DNA from: a virus
Strand: one strand, 5' to 3'
DNA: 64,000 nt
Virus record (IMG/VR): IMGVR_UViG_3300032069_000005
Coordinates: 1-64,000 of that record
Part shown: positions 10,735 through 21,347 of the stretch, piece after piece
Layout of the letters: each line of letters starts with the position of its first letter
Numbering within the stretch: the stretch's first letter is position 1
Translations under genes and position numbers: made by a program
Notes under the pieces: generated by a model
Databases searched by the model: none
What the model was told of the DNA's origin: nothing
What the model saw: the letters and a program-made list of their open reading frames with translations, nothing else

Positions 10735-11283
10735 ATGAATACAAAAATTTGTAATATATGCAAAATAGAAAAATTAGCAACAGAAGAACATTTTTATGAA
10801 GGAAGCTGTAAAGATGGACTGGCTTCTTCTTGTATAGATTGTCATAAAATATATATGAAAAATTGGCGGGCAAGAAACAAAGATAGAATAAGAAAAGCTC
10901 GAAAACAATATTATCAAAAACATAAAAAAGAAGCCATTCAGTATCAACAAAATCATAAAGAACAAATGAAAATCTATGATAAAAAGTATCGTCAACGCCA
11001 TTCCGACAGAATAAAAAATAAAAATTTAAAATATATTTATGGAATAACTTTAGAGGATAAAAAGAAAATATATAAAAATCAAAATAATAAGTGTAAAATT
11101 TGTGATAATTTTTTTGATATTAATCTATTGAAAATAGACCACAATCATTTAACAAACGAAATAAGAGGATTATTATGTAATAAATGCAATGCAGGGATTG
11201 GATTTTTACAAGAAAATCTTAAAATATTACAAAATGCAATTAATTATTTAAAAGAATATGAAAAATTCATAGGGGGAAAATAA
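10735..11283 (+). CDS. endonuclease VII-family (homing) nuclease
   Basis: YGIT...QNNKCKIC...IDHNH...IRGLLCNKCNAGIG. Confidence 0.85.
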   Translation: MNTKICNICKIEKLATEEHFYEGSCKDGLASSCIDCHKIYMKNWRARNKDRIRKARKQYYQKHKKEAIQYQQNHKEQMKIYDKKYRQRHSDRIKNKNLKYIYGITLEDKKKIYKNQNNKCKICDNFFDINLLKIDHNHLTNEIRGLLCNKCNAGIGFLQENLKILQNAINYLKEYEKFIGGK

Positions 11284-11458
11284 TAATGGAAGAAATTAAA
11301 CCTACGCCAGAACAAATTGAAACAAAGAAAAAAGAATTTAAATTACTTCAAGAAAAAATGACAAAAGCAATGTCAAAAATTAATGCTATCTTGGAAGAAG
11401 AGGGGTTAGTATTGCGAATTGCTCAAGATATTATATTAGCACCTAAAAGGGAGGTAAA

Positions 11459-12010
11459 ATGAAAACTGCGGGTTTAGCCATACACGTTCACCACAATATT
11501 TTAGTAGAGAATTGCTATGATTATAAAGAACGAGAAGAAGCGATAAAAGCTGCTAAACCTCTAAACGAACAAGAAATAAGATTACGTCTATTTAAAATGT
11601 TACCAAAAAAAGCCATAGCTGAATTGCCAAGAAATTTAATCAAGGCAATCGCTGACTGGGATAAGGCAAACGCTGACTGGGATAAGGCAAACGCTGACCT
11701 GGATAAGGCAAACGCTGACCTGGATAAGGCAAACGCTGACCTGGATAAGGCAAACGCTGACTGGGATAAGGCAAACGCTGACCCGGATAAGGCAATCGCT
11801 GACCTGGATAAGGCAATCGCTGACTGGGATAAGGCAAACGCTGACCTGGATAAGGCAAACGCTGACCTGGATAAGGCATACGCTGACCTGGATAAGGCAA
11901 ACGCTGACTGGGATAAGGCAAACCAAGAAGCTTGGCATAAGAAATGGTGCGGTTGTAAGGAATGGAACGGGAAAGAGATTATATTTCCAAAAAATAAAAA
12001 ACGATTATGA
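11459..12010 (+). CDS. HxHH...CGC protein with DKANAD(W/L) heptad tandem repeat
   Basis: GGGAGG SD; IHVHH, RLRLFK, ~13 heptads, HKKWCGCKEWNGKEIIFPK. Confidence 0.75.
   Translation: MKTAGLAIHVHHNILVENCYDYKEREEAIKAAKPLNEQEIRLRLFKMLPKKAIAELPRNLIKAIADWDKANADWDKANADLDKANADLDKANADLDKANADWDKANADPDKAIADLDKAIADWDKANADLDKANADLDKAYADLDKANADWDKANQEAWHKKWCGCKEWNGKEIIFPKNKKRL
11642..11923 (+). repeat. 21-bp intragenic tandem repeat, ~13.4 units
   Basis: unit GATAAGGCAAACGCTGAC(TGG/CTG), no spacers. Confidence 0.95.
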
Positions 12011-12168
12011 TATTCTTACAAATTATAGCTACAATAAGTTTCTTATTGATGGGAGCAATTAATCTTATTTTTGTTCCAAGAGATTTTAACTTCGCACTAA
12101 TAAATTTATCGCTTTTTGTTCTTTATCTTGGACTTTACTTTCATCCATTTAAATAAAGGAGATTATTC

Positions 12169-13251
12169 GTGAAAAATTGGTCGCCAGAAGAAGATAAAAA
12201 ATTAGAGGAAATGATAAAACAACAATTAACAACCGATGAAATGGCTGATAAATTAAAAAGAACTTTTAAATCAGTTCAACATAGAAGGGCATCTGTAGCA
12301 AAAGGATTAGAAATGAATTATGCACCTGAAATTCCAGAAAAGAAAAAGGATTTATCCGCACTCATAATTCAATCTTTAAAAGAAGAATTGGCAAATGTTA
12401 AACCTTATACTGTTTCTGCTCAAAGTAAAGTAGATATAAAAGGAGATACTTTAGTAATTCATATAACCGACCTTCACGCAGGTAAAATTGTCAAAGACCA
12501 AGAAGGGGAATTAATTTATAATGAAGAAATTTTTAGGAAAAGAATGAATCGCTTATGCGAGCAAACTTTAAAACTACTGGATAATAACATTAGTAAAGGT
12601 GTTCCGATAAATGATGTAGCAATATTATTAACCGGAGATTTAGCAAATGGAGAGGGAATTTATTTGACCCAGGCATATGAGCAAGAAATTGCTCCTCCCG
12701 CCCAAGTTATGCTCGTTGTTGATATTCTTACAAAATTAATCACTTCTTTATTAAAAAGAAATCTGCCTGTTAGGGTATTCGGAATAAGGGGAAATCACGG
12801 CAGAACGGGTAAGGATACAGATGTGGCATCGAATTGGGATTTGATGATTTATGAAATCCTGGATTTTTGGGCGAAACTGGTTTTAAAAAATCCAAAATTG
12901 CAGATTAAATTTGCTGAAACTGAACATCTAAGATTTGATATTCGAGGGCACGGATTTTTAATTAGACATATTTGCCCCGAACAGCCAGATACTCCTGCGG
13001 GTAGAGTAAAAATTAATCAATGGGCAAGACAACATAATGTAGAAGGGATTTGCTATGGGCATTATCATCACGCAGGGGTTTTTGATTGTGATAATGTTCG
13101 TGTTATGCGAGGAGGTTCTACAGTTGGCGGAGATAGTTTATCTGATAGTATGGCAAAAAATTCAGAACCAATACAATTAATATTTGGCGTGAATGAGCAA
13201 AGAGTAACTACATTCATATATTTCGTTGATTTAGCAGAGAAAAAGAAATAA
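12169..13251 (+). CDS. calcineurin-like metallophosphoesterase with N-terminal Myb-like HTH
   Basis: WSPEED..L N-terminus; DLH, GD, GNHG and GHYH motifs. Confidence 0.8.
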   Translation: MKNWSPEEDKKLEEMIKQQLTTDEMADKLKRTFKSVQHRRASVAKGLEMNYAPEIPEKKKDLSALIIQSLKEELANVKPYTVSAQSKVDIKGDTLVIHITDLHAGKIVKDQEGELIYNEEIFRKRMNRLCEQTLKLLDNNISKGVPINDVAILLTGDLANGEGIYLTQAYEQEIAPPAQVMLVVDILTKLITSLLKRNLPVRVFGIRGNHGRTGKDTDVASNWDLMIYEILDFWAKLVLKNPKLQIKFAETEHLRFDIRGHGFLIRHICPEQPDTPAGRVKINQWARQHNVEGICYGHYHHAGVFDCDNVRVMRGGSTVGGDSLSDSMAKNSEPIQLIFGVNEQRVTTFIYFVDLAEKKK

Positions 13252-13553
13252 GGAGACAGGGACTATGAAACTTTCCCCATCAAGAAAAAATAAAGTTAAA
13301 GATAAAGTTAGTCAAAAAAAGAAAGTTACGGTCTCTGTCTCTTCTATTATTCGAGCAATTAATTTGGCGGGATTTAACTTGGTGCAAGATATGAAAAATG
13401 GAACTGTATATTTGGTCGCTGGTTATTATAAAATTTATTCTAATGAAAGAATAATTAAATAGACGATGAACAAAAATAATAATTTCCACAATTTATGGGT
13501 CTTAATTTTTTTACCTGCAATAATGTTCATTGGTATTTTTGTGGAGGATTAAG

Positions 13554-14363
13554 ATGAATATTATATTAAAAGATGGTTTAATGCTCTTGGTCGGAATAGT
13601 CATAGCAATTCTTTTTGCAGTTATAAAAAATAAAATATTTAAAACTGCTAAACAAGAAGTTATAAAAATAATCCCAGAAGAAGATAAAATAAAAATAAAA
13701 GAACTCTACGAAAAAGGATTAGTGCCTAAAAAAGTTTATGATGAAGTTTGTGCGGTTCCTAAAGAAACCGAAGGATTTGATACTAAAAAATTAACTAAGG
13801 GATTATTGTCTATTGGCAATCCAGTTCTTTGGGCGAAGGAATTATCTTGGTTTTTTAATGCGAGAAAATTAATTATAATCGGAATTGTAATTGGAGTAAT
13901 CTATGGCTATGGTTATTGGAAAGGAAAATTGGGAGTGCAACCAATTTTAAATTGGCGAGGAAAAGAAGAATGGGCATCCCTTAATGAGCATTATTTGCAC
14001 ATTAAACCCGATGGAACTTTAGAAGTAGTAGACAAAGACAAAAAAACAGTCTTGAAAAAGATTACGGTGGGGGATTTGGAAATATTAAAAAAGAATTTAA
14101 AACCATATGGGTTTAAATTTGAACCTATTGCAGTTGCCGGATTAAGTGCAGGAACATCCGGTGCAGGGGCTGAGGCGGGTGCAGGATTATCTTGGGCAAA
14201 ATATTATAAATGGAATCTCGACGCATTTTTGACTAATCGAGGGTTATATCCATTAGCAACTTCATATCAAATCACAAATAATAGTGGCATAGGATTAGGT
14301 GCTGGTTTTGGGTTTAAAAATGCCGAAAAACGCATAATACTTTATTATAAGTGGAAATTTTAA
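13554..14363 (+). CDS. membrane protein with Gly-rich beta-strand C-terminus
   Basis: two hydrophobic segments; ends ILYYKWKF; GGAGG SD before ATG 13554. Confidence 0.55.
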   Translation: MNIILKDGLMLLVGIVIAILFAVIKNKIFKTAKQEVIKIIPEEDKIKIKELYEKGLVPKKVYDEVCAVPKETEGFDTKKLTKGLLSIGNPVLWAKELSWFFNARKLIIIGIVIGVIYGYGYWKGKLGVQPILNWRGKEEWASLNEHYLHIKPDGTLEVVDKDKKTVLKKITVGDLEILKKNLKPYGFKFEPIAVAGLSAGTSGAGAEAGAGLSWAKYYKWNLDAFLTNRGLYPLATSYQITNNSGIGLGAGFGFKNAEKRIILYYKWKF

Positions 14364-14407
14364 ATGAATAATTATATTAAATGGTTTGATAAAAAATACG
14401 GATTAAA

Positions 14408-14575
14408 ATGAATTTTTTTACTTGCCCCATATGTAAGCTATCACTTCCTTTAAGCGTCGGCGTCTTAGTTACAGCACGAATTAATGGCAAAATCGGGGAA
14501 GTCCGAGTCTGTATTAACTGTAAACAAAGGAAAGATAATGAACGAACTCAAAAGAATAATAACAATCCATCGTAA
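14408..14575 (+). CDS. small zinc-ribbon protein (below ORF-track cutoff)
   Basis: MNFFTCPIC...VCINCKQ, 55 aa. Confidence 0.45.
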   Translation: MNFFTCPICKLSLPLSVGVLVTARINGKIGEVRVCINCKQRKDNERTQKNNNNPS

Positions 14576-14923
14576 TTTACTGAAGTTGATTATTTCTGAA
14601 AGCAAAAAGAAAAAGCCAATTAATCTGCATACGAGATTTTTTCTCCATTTAGGAAAAGAATATTGCCGAGTAATGATTAATGAATATAAGAATTTATTTC
14701 TTATTTTAGACCCTATTTATAGAAAGAGATTAAGTGAACGGAATAAATATAATCGTTTAAAAACAGACTTACATCGAGCTATTAAAATGCTTCAATTGGT
14801 TGACCGGAGAATGAAAGAGCAGGGGTTTCCCAGATGGAAAACACAACAATTTTGGCGGGATTTCTGGAAGAATGGTCAAGTTAGAGTAGATGTGTTTGAA
14901 GATTTATTGAAAGAGATAAAATA

Positions 14924-15187
14924 ATGGATTATAATCCTTATATTGACCCATCTGAAAGAGTAAATTTTGATATACCATTAAATCTTGTTCCCGAAATGAA
15001 AACTAAAGGGCAATTGGAATACTGTATTTTTAAACTCTTAGTAAAATTTATGTCTACAAGAGAATTTAGATATTCCACGCTCCACGATTGTGTTTATGGT
15101 TGTATACACGCTGGCGAGGAGTTTAGGCGTAGGTTTTTAGACAAAAGGGAAGACGAAGCCCTGGGGAAGAACGGGGATATTAAATGA
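14924..15187 (+). CDS. conserved small phage protein (DUF6899-like)
   Basis: GQLEYCI...RY.....G....A.EEFRRR....ED.....NGDI pattern. Confidence 0.55.
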   Translation: MDYNPYIDPSERVNFDIPLNLVPEMKTKGQLEYCIFKLLVKFMSTREFRYSTLHDCVYGCIHAGEEFRRRFLDKREDEALGKNGDIK

Positions 15188-15830
15188 ATAAAATGCGGGA
15201 AGCGATTGAGGTATTAGAGCAACTTTATAATATCAAAATGGAGCAATGCGATTATATGCCGCCATACGAAACGAGTAGAGAGGCAAAAGCATTACAACTT
15301 GCTATTTCTTTCTTCTATCAAGTTTTAGAGGGCAAGGGGATGCTGAGGTTCATTCAGTTAAAGATAATTATGCTTCGGTTGAAAATATACCAAATGCAAA
15401 CACGATGCAATCGAAAGTGATTGTCAAGCGTGCACTATTGCCTGGCTTACAGAAAGATGCAAATGTTTAGAAAAAATTATTAGAGAATATAATATTCACC
15501 TCGTCAAACTCCAAGCAGAATGGCGGGAAACCCTACACAATTACCTAAAATGACCAAAAACATAAGTCTTATAATAACCGAAATTGCCAGAAAAGAGGGA
15601 ATTGACTATTCTTCTGTTAATCCAGAAGTAGTGCAATTCTGGGAGGATGCAAAAAGAATAGGCGAAATAGTTAGAGATTTTGAAGTATTGATAGATGAAT
15701 TAGATTGTCTTCTTGTTCGCCATAGAATAGAGAATGGGATAGGTAAATTAATTAGAGAAGATTTAAATAACTTACATAATATCGAGCACGACCTTTTAAA
15801 ATTGGCACGAAAAATACAAAAAGAAAAGAA

Positions 15831-16142
15831 ATGATTATATATATTATCATTATTTTAGTTGGTCTAATAGAAGCATTTTGTAGCACTTTAAATTCTAAAT
15901 TTAGACAGAAGAGCAATAGAACATTGACATTTATTACATCGTTTATCAATATTTTCGTCTGGTATTGTTTACTTCGTATGGTAATTGAAAATATAGCGAA
16001 TATTTATTTGGCACTTGTCTATGGCATTGCTTATGCTATGGGGGATGTATTAGGTCTACTTTTTGACTCTTATCTTGAAAAAATTGCGAAATTTAAAGGG
16101 CTTAAATTTAGAAGGAAGTCATCCAATAAAAGGAAAAGATAA
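15831..16142 (+). CDS. small multi-pass membrane protein (DUF5698/DUF2179-like)
   Basis: three hydrophobic helices, YAMGDVLG. Confidence 0.45.
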   Translation: MIIYIIIILVGLIEAFCSTLNSKFRQKSNRTLTFITSFINIFVWYCLLRMVIENIANIYLALVYGIAYAMGDVLGLLFDSYLEKIAKFKGLKFRRKSSNKRKR

Positions 16143-16281
16143 TTATGGACAAACCTTTTGTGGGATATGATTCAAAATATTCTAAAAATTATAATCGAAT
16201 TTTTAGGAAACCGTTAAAAGAGAGAATTAAAATTTTAATAGATAATTTATTAATCAAGGTCTTTATTAATGGAGAAAAGAA

Positions 16282-16515
16282 ATGAAAAAAATATTATTGA
16301 TAACTATTTTGTTTATGATATTTTTAATCGGCTGTGAAAGGTCAATAGAAAAAATTTATATTCAATATTGTGATTATGGAATGTTCGGCGGTAAATCTTG
16401 CGGATGGGCAATTGCAGATGTAATCAAAAAAGATGGCGATATGTGGACTATTGTGGCAAAGGGGAATAGATTTATAATCGACATAACGGCGACAGATTGG
16501 AAACCAATGAAATAA
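16282..16515 (+). CDS. putative lipoprotein
   Basis: MKK-hydrophobic-LIGC lipobox. Confidence 0.55.
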   Translation: MKKILLITILFMIFLIGCERSIEKIYIQYCDYGMFGGKSCGWAIADVIKKDGDMWTIVAKGNRFIIDITATDWKPMK

Positions 16516-16537
16516 AATATTTTGAGGAGATTAAAAG

Positions 16538-17449
16538 ATGAAAAAGATAATAAAAATCATAGGAATTTGGGTTGGTTTAGCTTTTTTAATGGCATATCTG
16601 AGTTTAAATGTTATGTATCTTCGGGATATTGATTGCCAATTAACCGCCTATAATGATGGGCTAAATACACTTAGTTATTATCTTTCTAATTTTAATTCTT
16701 ATAATAAATTAATCACGCAGTGCATTAAATCGGATATAGAAATATTAAATTTAATAAGTATGACTAAAGACTATATAGATGAGAAAGATAATGCCCTGCT
16801 AGATGGGTTAAAAAATCTTTATAATTATATAGACCTCCAACCTCGCACAGAAAAATTAAAAAAACTAATTACCGAAGGAATTCTAATGCAAGTTGTAATT
16901 ATGATAGAAAATGCCACAGAAGGAACTCAGGGAAGTGGAGTAACTCTAAAGTATAATGATAAATATTACGTTCTTTCCGCAGGGCATATGGTTGATAAAG
17001 AGACCGACGAAATTTATATGTCTGAAAATGGAACGACTATATGCAAATTAAAAATAATTAAAATCAACAAGAAAAAGGATTTAGTTCTTTTCGCACCAGA
17101 AAACGAAGACATAATTCCTCATTATTATAGTGAATTGGCAGAAAAAGACTCCTCAATATCAGAAGAAGTTTATGTAGTTGGTAATCCAATAGGCATAGAA
17201 GATGTTTTGAGTGAAGCAAGAATAATTAAATATACCGAAGATTATTTTTATTTTCTCGACCATAGTTATTTTGGTAGTTCTGGCGGCGGAATTTTTACAT
17301 TAGATGGAAAATTATTAGGAATTATTTCTCATATGCAATGGGCTGACCCCAATCCTGGAAATATAATGGGCAATTTAAAACCGACATTTGTTATTAATGG
17401 GGCAGTAAATACACAAACGATTCGTGAATTTTTAAAGGATATAAAATGA
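16538..17449 (+). CDS. membrane-anchored trypsin-like serine protease
   Basis: GSGV, LSAGH (His), DLVL (Asp), GSSGGG (Ser); N-terminal TM helix. Confidence 0.85.
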   Translation: MKKIIKIIGIWVGLAFLMAYLSLNVMYLRDIDCQLTAYNDGLNTLSYYLSNFNSYNKLITQCIKSDIEILNLISMTKDYIDEKDNALLDGLKNLYNYIDLQPRTEKLKKLITEGILMQVVIMIENATEGTQGSGVTLKYNDKYYVLSAGHMVDKETDEIYMSENGTTICKLKIIKINKKKDLVLFAPENEDIIPHYYSELAEKDSSISEEVYVVGNPIGIEDVLSEARIIKYTEDYFYFLDHSYFGSSGGGIFTLDGKLLGIISHMQWADPNPGNIMGNLKPTFVINGAVNTQTIREFLKDIK

Positions 17450-17621
17450 AACCCAAAAAGTATATTTATGGAAGAAATAATACGAAACTTTTAAATATAG
17501 AAATAAAAGGTAGGTGGAAAGATGATGCCAAGAAGAAATTTAGATTATTTGAGAAATTATATCCGATAATTAATATTAATTTAATTAGACGCAATCAATT
17601 ACAAAAAATAGGAATAATATA

Positions 17622-18245
17622 ATGACTAAAATAAAATACACTTATTATACTGCGGGAGCAATAGAAAAAGCCACTGATACTCAAATGGTAGATTGGAGAA
17701 AAGAAGTAAAAGAAAAATTAAATACTCCAGAAGCAATTCAATATAACCCAGTGGAAAGAGAAACACAAAAAACAGGAAAACCAGCCGGAGAACAAACAAA
17801 ATATATTAGCGGTCTCAAACAAGCTGGACTTTGGGAGAAATTTTTGGAAGAAATGGACAAAATATGGTTAGGAACTATTCGCCCAGAAGCAAATCTCATA
17901 GAAATATTTCTTGATTTAAGAAATAGAAAATGTATAGATGGAAATGAAATGAGGGATTTGGATTTTTGGGCGGATTATGAAGCCACAATTCGTTCAGATT
18001 TTGTAGTTGCATTAATGAAAAAAGATATACCAACTGTAGGCACATATGGCGAAATATTCATTTGTTATTTGTTACATATTCCAGTGTATTTAGTTTTGCC
18101 AGACCAATCAAAGACTGATTGTAATTCAACATTACTTTATTGGGTATTAAGAAGTGGCGGTGATGTATTTTATTCGATTTCTGAAGCGTGTAATTTTATT
18201 AGAGATAAATATAAATTAAAGGAAGTTAAAGAGGAAAAGAAATGA
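17622..18245 (+). CDS. nucleoside 2-deoxyribosyltransferase-like protein
   Basis: YTAGAIE, DWR, YNP, IRSDFVVA, GTYGE, PVY motifs. Confidence 0.65.
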   Translation: MTKIKYTYYTAGAIEKATDTQMVDWRKEVKEKLNTPEAIQYNPVERETQKTGKPAGEQTKYISGLKQAGLWEKFLEEMDKIWLGTIRPEANLIEIFLDLRNRKCIDGNEMRDLDFWADYEATIRSDFVVALMKKDIPTVGTYGEIFICYLLHIPVYLVLPDQSKTDCNSTLLYWVLRSGGDVFYSISEACNFIRDKYKLKEVKEEKK

Positions 18246-18450
18246 TATATCTATTTATTGCAATTTTTATTTTATATATTACATTGAGTTTAATTTATGA
18301 ATTGCAACTTCATCAGTGTGAAGAATGTAAGAAATGGGTCTGGAATTTAAAACCAACGAGAATTTATGAAGCGGATGAAGAAGGAAATCCTATTTATGCG
18401 GGGGATGTTTATTGGTGTAATCATTGTAAGATTTATAAAGGAGAAGAATA

Positions 18451-18927
18451 ATGAAAGATTCTAATAATTTAAAAAATACCAATCCTAAAGATTTTATTGG
18501 GGCTAATAAAGTTCCTTTACATTTATTTCCCGAAACCGCTACTATATATGGAGCATTGGCTTTATTAGATGGAATGTTAAAATACGGCAGGTCAAACTGG
18601 AGAGAAGCGGGAGTAAGGGCATCTATTTATTATGATGCTTGTAGAAGGCACATAAATGCTTGGTTTGAAGGAGAAAATATTGACCCCGATTCTGGGTTAC
18701 CTCATTTAGCTCACGCAATCGCTTGCTTGGCTATTTTAATAGATGCTTATGCTTGCAATAATCTAAGAGATGATAGAATGTATCCTGGAGGATATAGAAA
18801 ATTAATTAATGAAATGACCAAAGAAGTTGCGAGATTGAAAGAATTACATAAAGATAGAAATCCTAAGCATTGGACAATAGAAGATAAAAAAAATGATAGA
18901 CCATTTATTGAGATGGGGGATAAATAA
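18451..18927 (+). CDS. dATP/dGTP diphosphohydrolase domain protein (DUF5664-like)
   Basis: NPKD..G..KVPLHL, G..KYGRSNWR, RHINAWFEGENIDPDSGLPHLAHA. Confidence 0.85.
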   Translation: MKDSNNLKNTNPKDFIGANKVPLHLFPETATIYGALALLDGMLKYGRSNWREAGVRASIYYDACRRHINAWFEGENIDPDSGLPHLAHAIACLAILIDAYACNNLRDDRMYPGGYRKLINEMTKEVARLKELHKDRNPKHWTIEDKKNDRPFIEMGDK

Positions 18928-19108
18928 AATGATTAATATTATAAATTACCACTGGGTTTGGTATTTATTGGGATTTATATTTGCTCCGAGATTAACATTT
19001 ATGATTTGGTTATCTATTTATTTTAGAACGATTTTGCCAATGCCATTATATATTATTGGTTGGATTTTGGCAATAATCCAACCAATAACAAAATTAGGAG
19101 ATGAATAA

Positions 19109-19582
19109 ATGAAATATTCAAAAATAGTAGATTATTTTGATAGGGGCGTTGAAGGTGTCAATGAATTTATGAAATTAGAAGAAATCAAAATAGTAATTGA
19201 TACAATAGAAGATTATCAGGGGAGATTTAAAGCTAATATGATAACAGAAGAATCAGATTTAAAAGAAGGATTAAATATTTTAACTGGATTGCACAGCGAA
19301 ACGACAGTTATTGCCGGAATACTCGAAGCATATGCAGAAACTAATGAAGCCAGGGAATTATTATTAGCAAAAAGCATCCCTCAGGATGATGGCAAAGGCG
19401 GTAAGAAATTACCTACAGATGAAGTAGCAAAGTCAATGTCCAAAGTCAATAATTTAATATTTGAACGAACCTGTAATTTATTCAAAGCATTTAGCAAAAC
19501 CTGTAGTCAAAAAATAATGACTTGTCAATCTCAAATGAATTATCTTAAAGGGCAAAAATATATGCCGCAGGAAGAACAATAA
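19109..19582 (+). CDS. helical hypothetical protein in the replication module
   Basis: 157-aa helical ORF coupled to the exonuclease gene. Confidence 0.55.
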   Translation: MKYSKIVDYFDRGVEGVNEFMKLEEIKIVIDTIEDYQGRFKANMITEESDLKEGLNILTGLHSETTVIAGILEAYAETNEARELLLAKSIPQDDGKGGKKLPTDEVAKSMSKVNNLIFERTCNLFKAFSKTCSQKIMTCQSQMNYLKGQKYMPQEEQ

Positions 19583-20448
19583 TGAATAAAATAATTATTT
19601 TAGATGGAAACAATATCCAGTTCAGAAGTATCTTTAATTTTATTGGGCAATATAATAGAGAAAAAATAAAAATCTGTGCCAATATGACCAATCAAAAATT
19701 CTCTAAAATTGAAGAATACTCCCAAGAAGTCCAGGACAAAGCAGAACAAATATTAGATGGAAAACTGAGGCGACACGAACTTTTTATCGGTGCACCTACC
19801 TGGACTTTTATGAATATGCTTACTGGGTATTATAATATTTTGAATGTTGATTTGGAAGATTCAATTATTCTTGCACTTGATTTTGGAAGCTGGAGGAAAG
19901 CCCTCGATTCTCGATACAAAAGCCAGCGGGAGGGATTTCGTCTCAAATTCAAAAGTGCAGAATGGTGGAAAGAACAATATAGCCATTTTAATGATTTATA
20001 TAATAAAATTAATGAAAGTATGCCCATTTATATAATAAAGGTATTTATGAGAGAGGCGGATGATGTAATAAGTTGCGTTGCTCGATATAATCCAAATAAA
20101 GAAGTTATTATTATTTCTTCAGATAAAGACCTTGAAATGTTGGCGAAGTTTCCTAATGTCAAGATATTTTCTCCCATTACCAGAAAATTTAAAGAAATTC
20201 CCAATCCAGTAGGTGTTTTAATGGAGAAGATACAGGGAGACATTAGCGACAATTTATTAGATAAACCTTCATCAGAAGCAGAATGGGAACGCCGAAGAAA
20301 GATAGTTGACCTTACTCAATTGCCGATTGAAATTGAACAGCCAATAAAAGAAGAACTGAATAAGATAATGCCCAAAAATTTAAATCTCGCCAGAGTTCCT
20401 TTTCCTTCTATTAGAAAGAAATTAGCAAAGATTTATAAACTGGAGTAA
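19582..20448 (+). CDS. 5'-3' exonuclease / flap endonuclease (T4 RNase H-like)
   Basis: ILDGNN, SWRK...YKSQR, EADDVI, SSDKD, GDISDN. Confidence 0.85.
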   Translation: MNKIIILDGNNIQFRSIFNFIGQYNREKIKICANMTNQKFSKIEEYSQEVQDKAEQILDGKLRRHELFIGAPTWTFMNMLTGYYNILNVDLEDSIILALDFGSWRKALDSRYKSQREGFRLKFKSAEWWKEQYSHFNDLYNKINESMPIYIIKVFMREADDVISCVARYNPNKEVIIISSDKDLEMLAKFPNVKIFSPITRKFKEIPNPVGVLMEKIQGDISDNLLDKPSSEAEWERRRKIVDLTQLPIEIEQPIKEELNKIMPKNLNLARVPFPSIRKKLAKIYKLE

Positions 20449-21347
20449 ATGATGAAAAATAAAATCAAACCAATCAAAAAAGTTCTTAAATCAATTTGTT
20501 ATACTTGTGAAGGCTTGGGCATTATAGAGCCAAAACAAGTAGAAACTGCATTAATAATTGGTATGGGATTTATTGGTTGGGGAAAATTATATAACTCAAA
20601 AAACCAAAAACAGATAATTTTAAGATTTGTAAAAAAATATTATCCACAATATCTTTGCAGAACTTGTAATGGAACTGGAATTTATAAAGAAAATCATTAC
20701 ATTATTTCAGATGGAAAGAACGCAATTGATAAGGATACCCTGGAATGAAAAATAATATCCAATCAAAAGAAGATTATTGGAAGAAGACAGAATTAAGAAA
20801 AAAAGAATTCTTAATCGAACTCAATAAAAAGACAGAACTAACCAATAAACAATTAGATAAATTATTATTAAAATATGATATTGATTTTAAAGATATTGTT
20901 ATTGATATGATTCATAGCGGTTGGGTAGATAGAGCAACTAAATCTGGAAAAATAGAACTTAGGAGGATAATAAAATGAAATGCCCTCAATGTGGAGAAAA
21001 AATATTAGAAAATATTATGGAAACAGAAGAAGAAATTCTTCCTTATAAAGAACAAGGGAAATTATTTCCAATTCAAATTACAGTAATAGAATTAAGAATA
21101 TATAAATGTAATTGTGGAACAATTATTAAAATTCCAGAATATAGACATTATAATTTAGGAGAATAAAATGAACGCAGCGAGATTAATAGTTGATAAATTG
21201 GGGGATATTTATCTTAAAGTTATGGGGAAACCATTAAAACATCCTGTATATTTTAAAGTAGAATCATATGCTACTAATCCCGAAGGAAAGAAAAAAGACA
21301 TAACCACACAGGAAATGGTAGTGAATTTAAAAAAGGAGGAATAAAAA

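Noticed and set aside
11642-11923. Possible CRISPR array
   Set aside because: The 21-bp units are contiguous with no unique spacers, keep frame inside a CDS, and no cas genes are present
11642-11923. DGR-like adenine variation (AAC/ATC/TAC)
   Set aside because: No reverse transcriptase or TR/VR pair in the window, and the other variable codon changes non-A bases
11636-11938. Reverse-strand repeat ORFs (VSVCLIQ / QRLPYP)
   Set aside because: These are shadows of the tandem repeat; the + strand frame has an SD and a paralog at 4303
14430-14525. GC-richer stretch as a structured ncRNA
   Set aside because: Explained by a 55-aa CxxC...CxxC ORF at 14408-14575; no convincing fold
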